Part shown: positions 11,230 to 21,711 of the stretch, piece after piece
Layout of the letters: every line of letters begins with the position of its first letter
Numbering within the stretch: position 1 is the first letter of the stretch
Origin: an uncultured Flavobacteriales bacterium
GTDB taxonomy: Bacteria; Bacteroidota; Bacteroidia; Flavobacteriales; BACL11
DNA length: 64,000 bases
Reading direction: 5' to 3'
NCBI GenBank assembly: GCA_905478555.1
Contig: CAJQIZ010000009.1
Span: 53,247 to 117,246 of the forward strand
Notes under the pieces: generated by a model
The model's input: only the letters and a program-made list of their open reading frames with translations
The model's database searches: none
Told to the model about the DNA's origin: nothing
Position numbers and translations under genes: made by a program

Positions 11230-12006
11230 ATGAAAGAAAAAGAAGTAATAAAACAGATTGTAAATTGGCTTTCCAATTATCAGAAAAAATCAGGAACTGA
11301 TGGCTTTGTAATTGGAATTTCAGGAGGAATTGACTCTGCACTTACCTCTATATTAACAGCAAAAACAGGACTACCTACTCTATGTATTGAAATGCCAATT
11401 CATCAGAATAATGCACAGGAAGAAAGGGGAAAACAACATATAAATTGGTTAAAAGACAGGTTCCAAAATGTAGAAAGTGTTGGGATTAATTTAACAAATG
11501 TATTCCATTCGTTTACAAAGGAGCTTCCAGATTCTCATATAGAGGAAAATCAACTTTCTCTAGTAAATGTAAGAGCACGATTCAGAATGACCTCACTTTA
11601 TTATTACGCACAATTAAACAACTATTTAGTAGTGGGAACAGGAAATAAAGTAGAAGATTTCGGAATTGGTTTTTTTACAAAATATGGAGATGGTGGTGTA
11701 GATATCAGTCCTATTGCAGATTTAATGAAAACAGAGGTTTACACATTATGTAAATACCTTGAAGTAAATCAGGAGATACTTATAGCGCCTCCAACAGATG
11801 GACTTTGGGGAGATGAAAAAACAGATGAAGAACAAATTGGGGCTTCCTACCCTGAATTAGAATGGGCTATGTGTTTTAATGGAGATGTAAATTCATTAAC
11901 AAACAGAGAAAGAGAGGTGTTAGACATTTACACGATTATGAATAAGAAAAATCAACATAAGATGATTCCAATTCCTGTTTGTAAAATCTCTAATTTATTG
12001 AAATAA
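11230..12006 (+). CDS. nadE: NH3-dependent NAD+ synthetase
   Basis: GISGGIDS, NVRARFRM, FFTKYGDGG, PTDGLW; no glutaminase domain. Confidence 0.96.
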   Translation: MKEKEVIKQIVNWLSNYQKKSGTDGFVIGISGGIDSALTSILTAKTGLPTLCIEMPIHQNNAQEERGKQHINWLKDRFQNVESVGINLTNVFHSFTKELPDSHIEENQLSLVNVRARFRMTSLYYYAQLNNYLVVGTGNKVEDFGIGFFTKYGDGGVDISPIADLMKTEVYTLCKYLEVNQEILIAPPTDGLWGDEKTDEEQIGASYPELEWAMCFNGDVNSLTNREREVLDIYTIMNKKNQHKMIPIPVCKISNLLK

Positions 12007-12049
12007 AATAAATTACCTACATTTGCAGACTAACCAACAAACTATTATT

Positions 12050-12316
12050 ATGAAAAATGTATTAAATGCTGTAACCGTTATTCTAGTTATCTTATTTTTC
12101 GGATGGCAATTTTACGTAACTAGCTGTAAAGAAGAATGTGTTCCTAATGAATCTGGTAGTGAAGTTACAGAAACAGTAATTGAATGTAGTGAGACAGATG
12201 ACAGTATAGAATTAGATGTAGACACAACAAAAATAGACTCTGTAACACAGGAAGAACAACTAATAAATCAGATTTTGGATACAATGAATACTGACACGGT
12301 AATAATTCAGGGATAA
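12050..12316 (+). CDS. Small acidic membrane-anchored or secreted hypothetical protein
   Basis: 88 aa from ATG 12050; N-terminal hydrophobic helix; own TACATTTG promoter at 12018-12025. Confidence 0.75.
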   Translation: MKNVLNAVTVILVILFFGWQFYVTSCKEECVPNESGSEVTETVIECSETDDSIELDVDTTKIDSVTQEEQLINQILDTMNTDTVIIQG

Positions 12317-12345
12317 ATAAGACTTAATTACAAAACACTAATCTC

Positions 12346-13911
12346 TTAAGAGGTTGGTGTTTTTTTTGTTCTATTTTTTACAAAAGTAGAAAACAAAAGT
12401 AATACTGTAATAAAAGAAAAAATCCTCCCAATATAATCTCCAAACTGATTGTAAAAAGTGATGGTCTCATTTAAAGAAACTGTTACATTTATTGCAATCT
12501 CTTCTTCCCAATTTGTTTGACTTAGTACCTCTCCAAAAGAAGAAATAACTCCAGAAATCCCAGTATTGGCCGATCGAACTACAGATCTTCTTTGTTCAAT
12601 TGCCCGTAATCTGGCATATTGAAAATGTTGCTTATATCCTGAAGTATTCTTCCACCAACCATCATTGGTAATGATGATGATAAGATTTGAATTTTTACCT
12701 GTTATCATATCTCCAAAAATACTTTCGTAGCAAATAAGAGGAAGAATATTTACCTCATTATACTTGAAGTTTTCAATGGTATTATCCTTTGATAAACTAC
12801 CAGAAGTACCTCCTAAATCAACTGTAAAATCTGCAATTACATTTAAAAGGAAAGAGTACGGAATTTGTTCAACACCCGGGACTAATTTTGTTTTATGGTA
12901 AATTGAAATAGTAGAATCAACTCCTAAAAAAATAGCAGAATTATAAGCATTGTACCATTCATTTGTTTTGTTTAACCTTCTAGAATTTTCATCTTTATTT
13001 TCCCCTAAATACTTAAAGGTAGAGGACCCAATAAGAATATTTAATTTCGGGAATTCATTTTGTAAATTTTGAAGTTTTAAAATACTCTGAGTTTTACTTA
13101 TTTTACTTTCCCAAATGAATTCTTGCAAAGCAGTTTCTGGTCCAACTAACAAAGTAGTGTTTTGCGTTAACTTCTCTTTTGCCAGATTTATAAAATCATC
13201 TAACTGTGTTTGTGCATCTCTATTAAACTTATCTTTATAAGGATCCACATTTGGCTGTACAATTACTATTTCTTCTGTTATATCTGGAAGAGTTCTTATC
13301 TTTAGTAGACCAATATAAAAAGAAAATAATATAGGAATAACAATCAAAATAGTTGGAAGAATCCATTTCTTCTTTTTTTTCTTTACAGAAATCCAACATT
13401 TAAACAGTAGAATATTCAATCCTAATATCCATAAAGAACCTCCCAACACGCCTGTATATTCGTACCACTGAACTATTTGTGGAACAACAGCAAATACATT
13501 TCCTAAAGTAAGCCAAGGCCAAGCCAAATCCCAATGTAAATGCACATATTCCATACTTATCCAAAGGAAGATTAAAGAAAAATACCCCCTCTTATTACCG
13601 ATTACATTTTTCACTTTATGAAACAACACAAAAGCGAAACTCATAAGTAAAGCATTTATCACAAAAGCAGCAAAGGCCCCCGCAACAGTAGCGTGCCACA
13701 CCCAATAAGTAGTAATAATATTAAAAATGAAAAACGAAATAAAGGAATATCCGAAAACTTTCCAAGAAGTTTTTTCTCCACTTTCTGAAATCTCCTTGTC
13801 CAAAATTAACAGGGGAATAAAAGCAAAAAATATTAGTAGAAATACTCCCGTTTCTGGCCATGAAAAAGCCAATATCAACCCACTTAATACAGAAAGAGAT
13901 AATTTTCTCAT
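12346..13911 (-). CDS. lnt: Apolipoprotein N-acyltransferase
   Basis: Multi-TM, QPNV, PETA, KTKLVP, ICYES, TNDGWW, RSANTGIS. Confidence 0.96.
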   Translation of the reverse strand: MRKLSLSVLSGLILAFSWPETGVFLLIFFAFIPLLILDKEISESGEKTSWKVFGYSFISFFIFNIITTYWVWHATVAGAFAAFVINALLMSFAFVLFHKVKNVIGNKRGYFSLIFLWISMEYVHLHWDLAWPWLTLGNVFAVVPQIVQWYEYTGVLGGSLWILGLNILLFKCWISVKKKKKKWILPTILIVIPILFSFYIGLLKIRTLPDITEEIVIVQPNVDPYKDKFNRDAQTQLDDFINLAKEKLTQNTTLLVGPETALQEFIWESKISKTQSILKLQNLQNEFPKLNILIGSSTFKYLGENKDENSRRLNKTNEWYNAYNSAIFLGVDSTISIYHKTKLVPGVEQIPYSFLLNVIADFTVDLGGTSGSLSKDNTIENFKYNEVNILPLICYESIFGDMITGKNSNLIIIITNDGWWKNTSGYKQHFQYARLRAIEQRRSVVRSANTGISGVISSFGEVLSQTNWEEEIAINVTVSLNETITFYNQFGDYIGRIFSFITVLLLFSTFVKNRTKKTPTS

Positions 13912-13912
13912 C

Positions 13913-14971
13913 CTATTTTAAACTATATCTTAAAGAAAAAAGATTAGAATACAATCCTGAAGATTGATCTCCTAAGTTAGTTAAAGCGTAATCAATTCTG
14001 ATATTATCAAAATGAAAACCAATACCAACATTTGGTTGCACCGAAACATATTTTTTATTGATAAAATTTGTTTCTCTACTAAAATCTCCAACTCCAAAAC
14101 GGAAATCAATTATATCTCTATATCTTATTTCCGTACCAAAATGAGGATTAATACTTGTAGTATTTGCACTGTACAATGTACTTCTTTCTCCATCAAAATG
14201 AATATCTAAATCTAATTCTGAATGAGCAGAGAAGTTTTTATTTATCGTAAAAATTCTTGCAATTCCAGTCTGGAAAGATGGTAATGTAATTTCTGAAGAA
14301 TTATCTGGGAGTTCATTTCCAGTCTGCAAATACACTTCTTCAAATTTTTCCATATTAAAAATCCAAGAATTAAAGGTAGATGTAACATCTCTACTGATTA
14401 CGGCTACTTTCCATTTTCCAATCTGTTTCTGTGCAGAAAGGTCAAACCCAAATCCCCACGATTTTGCAAAATGTCCTATCTGTCGATAAATAATTTTCAC
14501 ATTCCCTCCTGCATCTACTCCATTCCAAACATCTTTTTTTGCATATGCAAAGAAAAAAGCATAATCTGCAGCCGAAAAAAGTTCAATTCTATTATAATCT
14601 ACATTTCCTTCATTGTCAATTAAGTTTGCAGTATTCATAATGTCATCTACTCCAAATCTTAACATCATAAAACCAACAGCATCTGTTTCATTTACCTTTT
14701 TAGCATACGAAAACTGATCGAAATTTGCTATTCCGGCGAAATAAGAAGCATGCATTAACTCTATTTCTGTTTGAGTTAAATCCACCAAAGAAGAAGGATT
14801 CCAATAAATAGAAGAAGAGTTTGTAGAGGAAGCAACCACCGATTTGGACAAACTTAAAGAACGAGCCCCAGCACCAATCTGAAGAAATTCGTTACTGTAT
14901 TTTATTTGAGAAACTCCCGTAAAAGAAAGTAAAACAAAAAAGAAAAACAGATATTTAAGGTTGTAATGCAT
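13913..14971 (-). CDS. PorV/PorQ-family outer-membrane beta-barrel (type IX secretion associated)
   Basis: Signal peptide then KYSNEFLQIGAGARS, YWNPS, GFGFDL; amphipathic C-terminal strand. Confidence 0.82.
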   Translation of the reverse strand: MHYNLKYLFFFFVLLSFTGVSQIKYSNEFLQIGAGARSLSLSKSVVASSTNSSSIYWNPSSLVDLTQTEIELMHASYFAGIANFDQFSYAKKVNETDAVGFMMLRFGVDDIMNTANLIDNEGNVDYNRIELFSAADYAFFFAYAKKDVWNGVDAGGNVKIIYRQIGHFAKSWGFGFDLSAQKQIGKWKVAVISRDVTSTFNSWIFNMEKFEEVYLQTGNELPDNSSEITLPSFQTGIARIFTINKNFSAHSELDLDIHFDGERSTLYSANTTSINPHFGTEIRYRDIIDFRFGVGDFSRETNFINKKYVSVQPNVGIGFHFDNIRIDYALTNLGDQSSGLYSNLFSLRYSLK

Positions 14972-15025
14972 TGTTGTATATTTGTCCATCAAATAAACAC
15001 AAAATTCAACATAATATTGCAAATA

Positions 15026-15772
15026 ATGGAAAGAATTAAAAAGAATATACCAAACCTAATTACTTTAGGAAATTTGACTTGCGGATTACTATCTATTCTT
15101 TTTGCATTTGAAGGAAATTTAGCACTTGCTGGGTCCCTTATTTTTTATGGTGCTATACTCGACTTTTTTGATGGATTTGCTGCCCGATTATTAAAAGTAA
15201 ACTCAGAGATAGGAAAACAACTAGACAGTATGGCAGATATGGTAACTTTCGGGGTAGCTCCAGGAATTTTGATGTATCAATTAATAGCAATGACTAATGA
15301 AAACCCACTGGTTAATCCATCTGATGGTATAGCTCCTTATGATATAGCAGGAATATCACATGAGTTAACAATATCATTAATAGCTTTTTTAATACCTATT
15401 TTTTCTGCTATTAGGTTAGCAAAATTTAATATTGACACAAGACAAATCAGCTCTTTTATAGGATTACCAACTCCAGCTGCCGCTATTTTTATTGCATCCT
15501 TACCAATTATTGGAGCAAATTACTATACAAATTTTAGCTTAGAATTGTTAATCGTTTCTACAGTAATTTTATCCATACTTTTAGTTGCTGAATTACCACT
15601 ATTTTCACTTAAGATTAGTAAGGGTGAAACCTTAAAAAATCAACTAAATATTATCCGAATAGCATTCTTAATAAGTTCCGTGATATTATTATTCATTTTT
15701 AAGTTTGCGGCAATTCCTTTTATTGTAATTTTGTATATCTTTTTATCAATCATAAATAATCTAATAAAATGA
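15026..15772 (+). CDS. pssA: CDP-diacylglycerol--serine O-phosphatidyltransferase
   Basis: PNLITLGN, DFFDGFAAR...GKQLDSMAD CDP-alcohol motif, RLAKFN, FIGLP. Confidence 0.88.
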   Translation: MERIKKNIPNLITLGNLTCGLLSILFAFEGNLALAGSLIFYGAILDFFDGFAARLLKVNSEIGKQLDSMADMVTFGVAPGILMYQLIAMTNENPLVNPSDGIAPYDIAGISHELTISLIAFLIPIFSAIRLAKFNIDTRQISSFIGLPTPAAAIFIASLPIIGANYYTNFSLELLIVSTVILSILLVAELPLFSLKISKGETLKNQLNIIRIAFLISSVILLFIFKFAAIPFIVILYIFLSIINNLIK

Positions 15773-16020
15773 AATTTAGAGCCGAAATAGACATCATGCC
15801 ATTAAAAGCTTTGTTAGACCCACAAGGAAAAGCAGTAAGTGCAAGCATGGGTAATGTTGGACTTACTGAAATCACTAATGTAAGAATTGGAAAACATATT
15901 ACCTTAGAGGTAGATGCAGACAACAAAGAGGTAGCAAACACAAAAGTAACTGAGGCCTGTACTAAATTACTTGCTAATCAGATTATGGAAGGATTTGAAT
16001 TCACTTTAGAAGAAGCATAA
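15769..16020 (+). CDS. purS: FGAM synthase subunit PurS
   Basis: LDPQG, VRIGK, LLANQIME. Confidence 0.96.
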   Translation: MKFRAEIDIMPLKALLDPQGKAVSASMGNVGLTEITNVRIGKHITLEVDADNKEVANTKVTEACTKLLANQIMEGFEFTLEEA

Positions 16021-16021
16021 A

Positions 16022-16744
16022 TCACCTCAACTCGAAATTTTTTCCGAGATATAACTTTCTTACCATTTCATCAGAAACTAATTCTTCTGATGTTCCTGAT
16101 TTTAGGATTTTCCCTTCATAGAGAAGGTATGCCCTATCTGTAATTGAAAGTGTTTCGTGCACATTATGGTCGGTAATTAAAATACCAATATTTCTCTTTT
16201 TCAAATCAGAAACAATTTTCTGAATATCTTCTACAGCAATAGGATCCACCCCAGCGAAAGGTTCGTCTAATAAAACAAAACTAGGGTTAGTAGCTAAACA
16301 TCTCGCTATCTCTGTCCTTCTTCTCTCTCCACCAGAAAGTAATCCCCCCATATTCTTTCTTATTTTTTGAAGTCCAAATTCATTTAACAAATCTTCACAT
16401 TTTTGTTTTTGTTCTTCTTTAGTTAATTTTGTCATCTCTAAAACGGCAAGAAGATTATCTTCTACAGTCATTTTTCGAAATATAGAAGATTCTTGTGACA
16501 AATAACCTATTCCCATCTGAGCTCTTTTATACATTGGAAGTGATGAAATATCTTCTCCATCTAAAAACACCTTACCTTCATTTGGTTTTATAAGCCCTAC
16601 AATCATATAAAAAGAAGTAGTTTTCCCAGCTCCATTCGGACCTAAAAGACCAACAATTTCCCCTTTATTTACTTCTACTGAAACACCTTTCACTACTCTC
16701 TTTTCTCCGTATATTTTAACAATATTATCTGATCTTAATTTCAT
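16022..16744 (-). CDS. lptB: LPS export ABC transporter ATPase
   Basis: GPNGAGKTT, LSGGERRR, DEPFAGVDP, ITDHNV, YLG. Confidence 0.96.
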   Translation of the reverse strand: MKLRSDNIVKIYGEKRVVKGVSVEVNKGEIVGLLGPNGAGKTTSFYMIVGLIKPNEGKVFLDGEDISSLPMYKRAQMGIGYLSQESSIFRKMTVEDNLLAVLEMTKLTKEEQKQKCEDLLNEFGLQKIRKNMGGLLSGGERRRTEIARCLATNPSFVLLDEPFAGVDPIAVEDIQKIVSDLKKRNIGILITDHNVHETLSITDRAYLLYEGKILKSGTSEELVSDEMVRKLYLGKNFELR

Positions 16745-17547
16745 TATTTATTTTGATTTTTAAGAACACGAGCGGATATTCTAATACTTATTTCGTATAA
16801 GATAATTAAAGGTAAAGAAACTAAAATTTGACTTGTAATATCAGGTGGGGTAATAATAGCAGACAAAATTAAAGTAAGAACAATAGCATGTTTTCTGTAC
16901 TTCTTCATGAATTCTGGAGTAAGTAATCCTATTTTAGTAAGAAAATATACTAACATTGGAAGCTCAAAAATCAACCCATTTGCAAAACTAATAGTAGTAA
17001 TAGTAGAAACAAAAGAACTTAAACCTATAGTATTTGACACTTGACTACTTACCTGATATGAACCTAGAAAATTTACAGAAAGTGGAGCTACTAGATAATA
17101 ACCAAATAACACTCCCACTGAAAATAAAATAGAGGTAAAAAAAACAACACCTCTTGTTATAGAAGTTTCTTTTGAGTACAAAGCTGGTTTAATAAATCTC
17201 CAAATCTCCCAAAAAACATAAGGAAAAGCAATAAAAAACCCTGCAAACAAAGAGGTGATAATATGAGTAGAAAACTGACCTGACATTGTAAAGGAATGTA
17301 AATCCCACTTCTGATCGCCAAAACAAAGCAAGTCACCCATTCCTAAAAAATCAGAAAGACTACAAAAGAACCTATAAGTAGGAAAGTCAGGATTTTTTGA
17401 AGCTAAAAGCACCTGATCAAATACAAAATCTTTATAAATAAATGCAAGAACAGCAAATACAACAATAGAAGAAACCGCCCTTACTAAGTGCCAACGCAAC
17501 ACCTCCAGATGCTGCAAAAAAGATAGTTCTTTTTCTTCTTTACTCAT
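16744..17547 (-). CDS. tatC: Twin-arginine translocase subunit TatC
   Basis: HLEVLR, WRFIKPAL, FELP, ITPPD. Confidence 0.96.
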   Translation of the reverse strand: MSKEEKELSFLQHLEVLRWHLVRAVSSIVVFAVLAFIYKDFVFDQVLLASKNPDFPTYRFFCSLSDFLGMGDLLCFGDQKWDLHSFTMSGQFSTHIITSLFAGFFIAFPYVFWEIWRFIKPALYSKETSITRGVVFFTSILFSVGVLFGYYLVAPLSVNFLGSYQVSSQVSNTIGLSSFVSTITTISFANGLIFELPMLVYFLTKIGLLTPEFMKKYRKHAIVLTLILSAIITPPDITSQILVSLPLIILYEISIRISARVLKNQNK

Positions 17548-18509
17548 TATATTCCTTGTTTTATTAAATCATGAATATGTAAAATACCTACATATTCTGA
17601 CTTATTCATAACTATCAACTGGCTAATATTATTTTGTTCCATTAATTGTAACGCATCTTTAGCCAAAATATCATCTTTTACTATTTTAGGATTCTCATTC
17701 ATAATATCAGAGGCGGTAATTAATGAAAGATCTGAATTATCTTCCAACATTCTTCTTAAATCACCATCCGTAATGACACCTTTTATTACAGAAGACTTTA
17801 CCACAACAGTAGCTCCAACTCTTTTTTGAGAGATCTCAACAATTACCTTATTTACACTATCAGATGTTTTCACAATAGCTCTAGAATTATCTGAAACCAC
17901 ATCCGATACTTTTAAATAAAGTTGTTTGCCTAAAGTTCCTCCAGGATGAAAACGAGCAAAATCAGAACCTGAGAAATTTCTCAATTCTAACAAACATACC
18001 GCTAACGCATCCCCTAAAACTAACTGAGCAGTTGTAGAAGAAGTAGGAGCTAAATTATTAGGACAAGCTTCCATTTCTACTGTACTATCTAGAAAATAAT
18101 CAGATTCTTTTGCTAAATATGAATTTACATTACCACAAATAGAAATTATCTTATTTCCAAGACCCTTTACCAAAGGGATTAATGACTTTATCTCTTCTGT
18201 GTTACCACTTTTTGAAATACAGATAAGCACATCATTTTTTTGAATATTACCTAAATCTCCATGTAAAGCATCTGCTGCATGCATAAAAACAGAAGGCTGT
18301 CCTGTTGAATTAAAAGTGGCAACTATTTTAGTAGCAATGTTAGCGCTTTTACCTACCCCAGCAACAATCAACCTACCTTCAGAACTTAAAATTAATTCTA
18401 CTGCATCTGAAAAACAAGAAGTCAACCTACTCTTTAGTTGTGAGATAGATGTAGTTTCTGCGTCGATAACAGATTTTGCAATATTTAAAATATTTTTTTT
18501 AGTTGGCAT
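17547..18509 (-). CDS. kdsD: Arabinose-5-phosphate isomerase (KpsF/GutQ, SIS plus 2 CBS)
   Basis: GVGKS, HGDLG, APTSST, FHPGG; start refined to 18509. Confidence 0.93.
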   Translation of the reverse strand: MPTKKNILNIAKSVIDAETTSISQLKSRLTSCFSDAVELILSSEGRLIVAGVGKSANIATKIVATFNSTGQPSVFMHAADALHGDLGNIQKNDVLICISKSGNTEEIKSLIPLVKGLGNKIISICGNVNSYLAKESDYFLDSTVEMEACPNNLAPTSSTTAQLVLGDALAVCLLELRNFSGSDFARFHPGGTLGKQLYLKVSDVVSDNSRAIVKTSDSVNKVIVEISQKRVGATVVVKSSVIKGVITDGDLRRMLEDNSDLSLITASDIMNENPKIVKDDILAKDALQLMEQNNISQLIVMNKSEYVGILHIHDLIKQGI

Positions 18510-18580
18510 TAAATTTATACGTATATTCGTTTTTAAAATCGATACAAAAGTAAACGATTTAGTTTTATTAATATATAAAG

Positions 18581-20761
18581 ATGAGTATTTCTTCAGAAAC
18601 ATTACACAAAAATCTTAAAGAAACCTTTGGATTTAACAGCTTCAAAGGACAACAAGAACAAATAATCCTCAATTTACTAGAGGGGAATGACTCCATGGTG
18701 ATTATGCCAACGGGTGGTGGAAAATCAATGTGTTATCAATTACCAGCATTAATGTCAGACGGATTAGCTATTGTAATCTCTCCATTAATAGCACTTATGA
18801 AAAATCAGGTTGATGCTATTAGAACTTTTAGTGAAAAAGAAAGCATAGCACATGTATTAAATTCTTCACTTTCAAAAACACAAATAAATATTGTTAAGGA
18901 AGATATTTTATCTGGAAAAACAAAAATGCTTTATGTAGCACCGGAATCTTTAACTAAAGAAGAGTATATTGAATTTTTTCGTTCTGTAAAAATATCCTTT
19001 TTTGCAATTGATGAAGCTCACTGTATATCTGAATGGGGACATGATTTCAGACCAGAATACAGGAGAATTAGAGAAATAATTGAAAATATTGGAAGAAAGC
19101 CAATTATTGCACTAACAGCAACTGCAACACCAAAAGTTCGGCACGATATAATGAAGAACTTAAACACTTTAGAAGGTCCTTTATATTTAGATTCTTTTAA
19201 TAGGAAAAACCTTTTCTACGATATAAGATCAAAACATGATGTAGAAAAAGAAATGATTAAATTTATCAGGCAACATAGTGGTAAATCTGGAATTGTTTAT
19301 TGTCTAAGTAGAAAAAAGGTGGAAGAAATTGCTGAAACATTACAAGTAAACGGTATTAACGCTTTGCCATATCACGCAGGACTAGATCAAAAAACAAGAG
19401 TCAAAAATCAGGATGCATTTATTATGGACGATTGTGATATTATTGTAGCAACTATTGCCTTTGGTATGGGAATAGATAAGCCAGATATTAGATTTGTAAT
19501 ACATCATGATATACCAAAAAGTTTAGAAGGTTTTTATCAAGAAACGGGAAGAGCAGGAAGAGATGATGGAGAAGGTATTTTAGTAACTTTTTATAGTTAT
19601 AAAGATATTGAAAAACTAGAGAAATTTCTAAGTGGAAAGCCTGTAAGCGAGCAAGAGATAGGCCGACAACTAATAATGGAGACTGTTTCCTTTGCAGAAA
19701 CGGCAATGTGTCGAAGGAAATATTTATTACATTATTTTGGAGAAGAGTTTGATTCTGAAGATTGTGGAGGAATGTGTGATAATTGTAAAAATCCAAAAGA
19801 TACTTTTGAAGGAAAAGAATTTGTACAGAAATTATTAAAAGCAATTGAAGTAAGTAATGAAACCTTTAAAGCTAAAGAAGTAGCCAAAATACTTATTGGA
19901 GAAGCAAACAGCTTAATAAATCAACACATGAGCAGTATAAAAGAAGTGTTTGGCTCAGGAAAAGATAAAGGAATTGAATTTTGGCATGCGGTAATAAGAC
20001 AAACCTATGTACAACAAATAATAACAAAAGAAATTGAAACTTACGGAACTATAAAACTTACCGATAAAGGAAGAGAATTTATAAAAAACCCAAAAAACAT
20101 CACACTTACTGAAGACCATGACTACTCTAAAACATCTGGGATTTCCGATTCTCAGAAAGGAGGATCTATGGATGAAATGTTATTTAGTATGTTGAAAAAA
20201 CTCAGAAAGAAAATTGCAAACGAACAAACCTTGCCCCCTGCAATTATTTTTCAAGAATCTTCCTTATTAGACATGTCTAACAATTACCCGATCACTACAG
20301 AAGAGATGGCGCAAATACAAGGAGTTGGTGTAGGGAAAGCAAAAAAATATGGAGATCAATTTATTTTACTTATTGATAAATATGTAAAAGAAAATAATAT
20401 TGAAAGACCATCTGATATGGTAATAAAAACTATTGTAAAAAAATCAACAAACAAAGTTTATATCATCCAAAATTTAGATAAAAAACTATCTATTGAAGAT
20501 ATTGCAAGAATGAAGGGACTCTCTTCTGAAGAGTTAATCAAAGAAATAGAAACAATCGTAGAGTCTGGAACAAAGCTAGATCTACAATATATGTTAGACG
20601 ATATGATGGACGATTACGAACAGGAAGATTTATTTGAATTCTTTAAAGAATCAAATAATTTTTCTCTGGAAGAAGTAAGAAAAGAATTTGATGAAGATGA
20701 GTTTTCTGATGAAGAAGTTAGGATTGCTCGTATTCAATTTATTTCTAAAGTAGGAAATTAG
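18581..20761 (+). CDS. recQ: ATP-dependent DNA helicase RecQ
   Basis: PTGGGKS, DEAHC, ATIAFGMGID, QETGRAGRD, Zn-binding Cys, RQC and HRDC regions. Confidence 0.97.
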   Translation: MSISSETLHKNLKETFGFNSFKGQQEQIILNLLEGNDSMVIMPTGGGKSMCYQLPALMSDGLAIVISPLIALMKNQVDAIRTFSEKESIAHVLNSSLSKTQINIVKEDILSGKTKMLYVAPESLTKEEYIEFFRSVKISFFAIDEAHCISEWGHDFRPEYRRIREIIENIGRKPIIALTATATPKVRHDIMKNLNTLEGPLYLDSFNRKNLFYDIRSKHDVEKEMIKFIRQHSGKSGIVYCLSRKKVEEIAETLQVNGINALPYHAGLDQKTRVKNQDAFIMDDCDIIVATIAFGMGIDKPDIRFVIHHDIPKSLEGFYQETGRAGRDDGEGILVTFYSYKDIEKLEKFLSGKPVSEQEIGRQLIMETVSFAETAMCRRKYLLHYFGEEFDSEDCGGMCDNCKNPKDTFEGKEFVQKLLKAIEVSNETFKAKEVAKILIGEANSLINQHMSSIKEVFGSGKDKGIEFWHAVIRQTYVQQIITKEIETYGTIKLTDKGREFIKNPKNITLTEDHDYSKTSGISDSQKGGSMDEMLFSMLKKLRKKIANEQTLPPAIIFQESSLLDMSNNYPITTEEMAQIQGVGVGKAKKYGDQFILLIDKYVKENNIERPSDMVIKTIVKKSTNKVYIIQNLDKKLSIEDIARMKGLSSEELIKEIETIVESGTKLDLQYMLDDMMDDYEQEDLFEFFKESNNFSLEEVRKEFDEDEFSDEEVRIARIQFISKVGN

Positions 20762-21277
20762 ATGAAAACACTTATTATTTCTTCATCTATTTCTAAAAAA
20801 AGTAGATCGTTTATTTTATGTAAAGAAGTTTACAGCAGACTAAAACAGAATAAAATTGAAGTGGAATTAATAGACGCTAGATCTATGGAACTAAACCTCT
20901 GTCATACTGAAAAGTCAGAAAGTATGAATTTACTATCTGAAAAGATAGCAAATTGCGATAATATTATTATTGGAATGGGAGTACACTGCTATAGCATAAA
21001 TGATAGCTTAAAAATACTTTTAGACAATTGTTTTTCTGAAGCAACTGAAAAATTATTTGGAATTATTTGTGCGGCAGGTGGAGAGAAAAGTTATCTATCT
21101 ACAATGCATTTAACACAAATTTGTATGAACGAATGGAGAATGATTCAACTACCTAGAATTGTATACGCAACTGGACAAGACTTTACAGAAGACCAACTGA
21201 AAAACAAGAATGTAATAGAAAGGTTAGATGTATTCTCTGAAGAATTTATTACAATTGGCAAGAAATTAATATCATAG
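20762..21277 (+). CDS. NADPH-dependent FMN reductase family protein
   Basis: Flavodoxin-like fold: N-terminal SSS..SRS phosphate loop, LKILLD, AAGG. Confidence 0.75.
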   Translation: MKTLIISSSISKKSRSFILCKEVYSRLKQNKIEVELIDARSMELNLCHTEKSESMNLLSEKIANCDNIIIGMGVHCYSINDSLKILLDNCFSEATEKLFGIICAAGGEKSYLSTMHLTQICMNEWRMIQLPRIVYATGQDFTEDQLKNKNVIERLDVFSEEFITIGKKLIS

Positions 21278-21289
21278 AGATACATCTAT

Positions 21290-21658
21290 TTATTTCGAAA
21301 AAATCATTTTCAAAGAAACTAATAACATAAGTACACCAAAGATTAATCGGAGCGAATTAATTGGAAGACTTAAAGCTAATTTAGACCCAAAATAACCCCC
21401 AACTACAAAGGTAGAAGCTATAATAATTGCATAATCTATCTTTAAATTACCACTATTATAATAATTATAAGTTGCCAAAATTCCAATTGGAGGAAGCATC
21501 ACCGCCAAAGAAGTTCCTTGTGCAGTAAGCTGATCCATTCCTAAAATCATCATCATTAAAGGAATCATAATTAATCCACCTCCAATTCCAATTACTCCAG
21601 AAAGAAGACCAGATAGAAGACCAATAATTACTAATATTACAATTGTAGATAAATCCAT
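21290..21658 (-). CDS. Half-size TSUP (TauE/SafE) family membrane protein
   Basis: GIGGG..P, AQGTSL; 4 TM helices. Confidence 0.88.
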   Translation of the reverse strand: MDLSTIVILVIIGLLSGLLSGVIGIGGGLIMIPLMMMILGMDQLTAQGTSLAVMLPPIGILATYNYYNSGNLKIDYAIIIASTFVVGGYFGSKLALSLPINSLRLIFGVLMLLVSLKMIFSK

Positions 21659-21711
21659 AATTAAAATTTGATGACAAAGATACATTTCTTTACCTTTGAA
21701 AAAAATAACAA

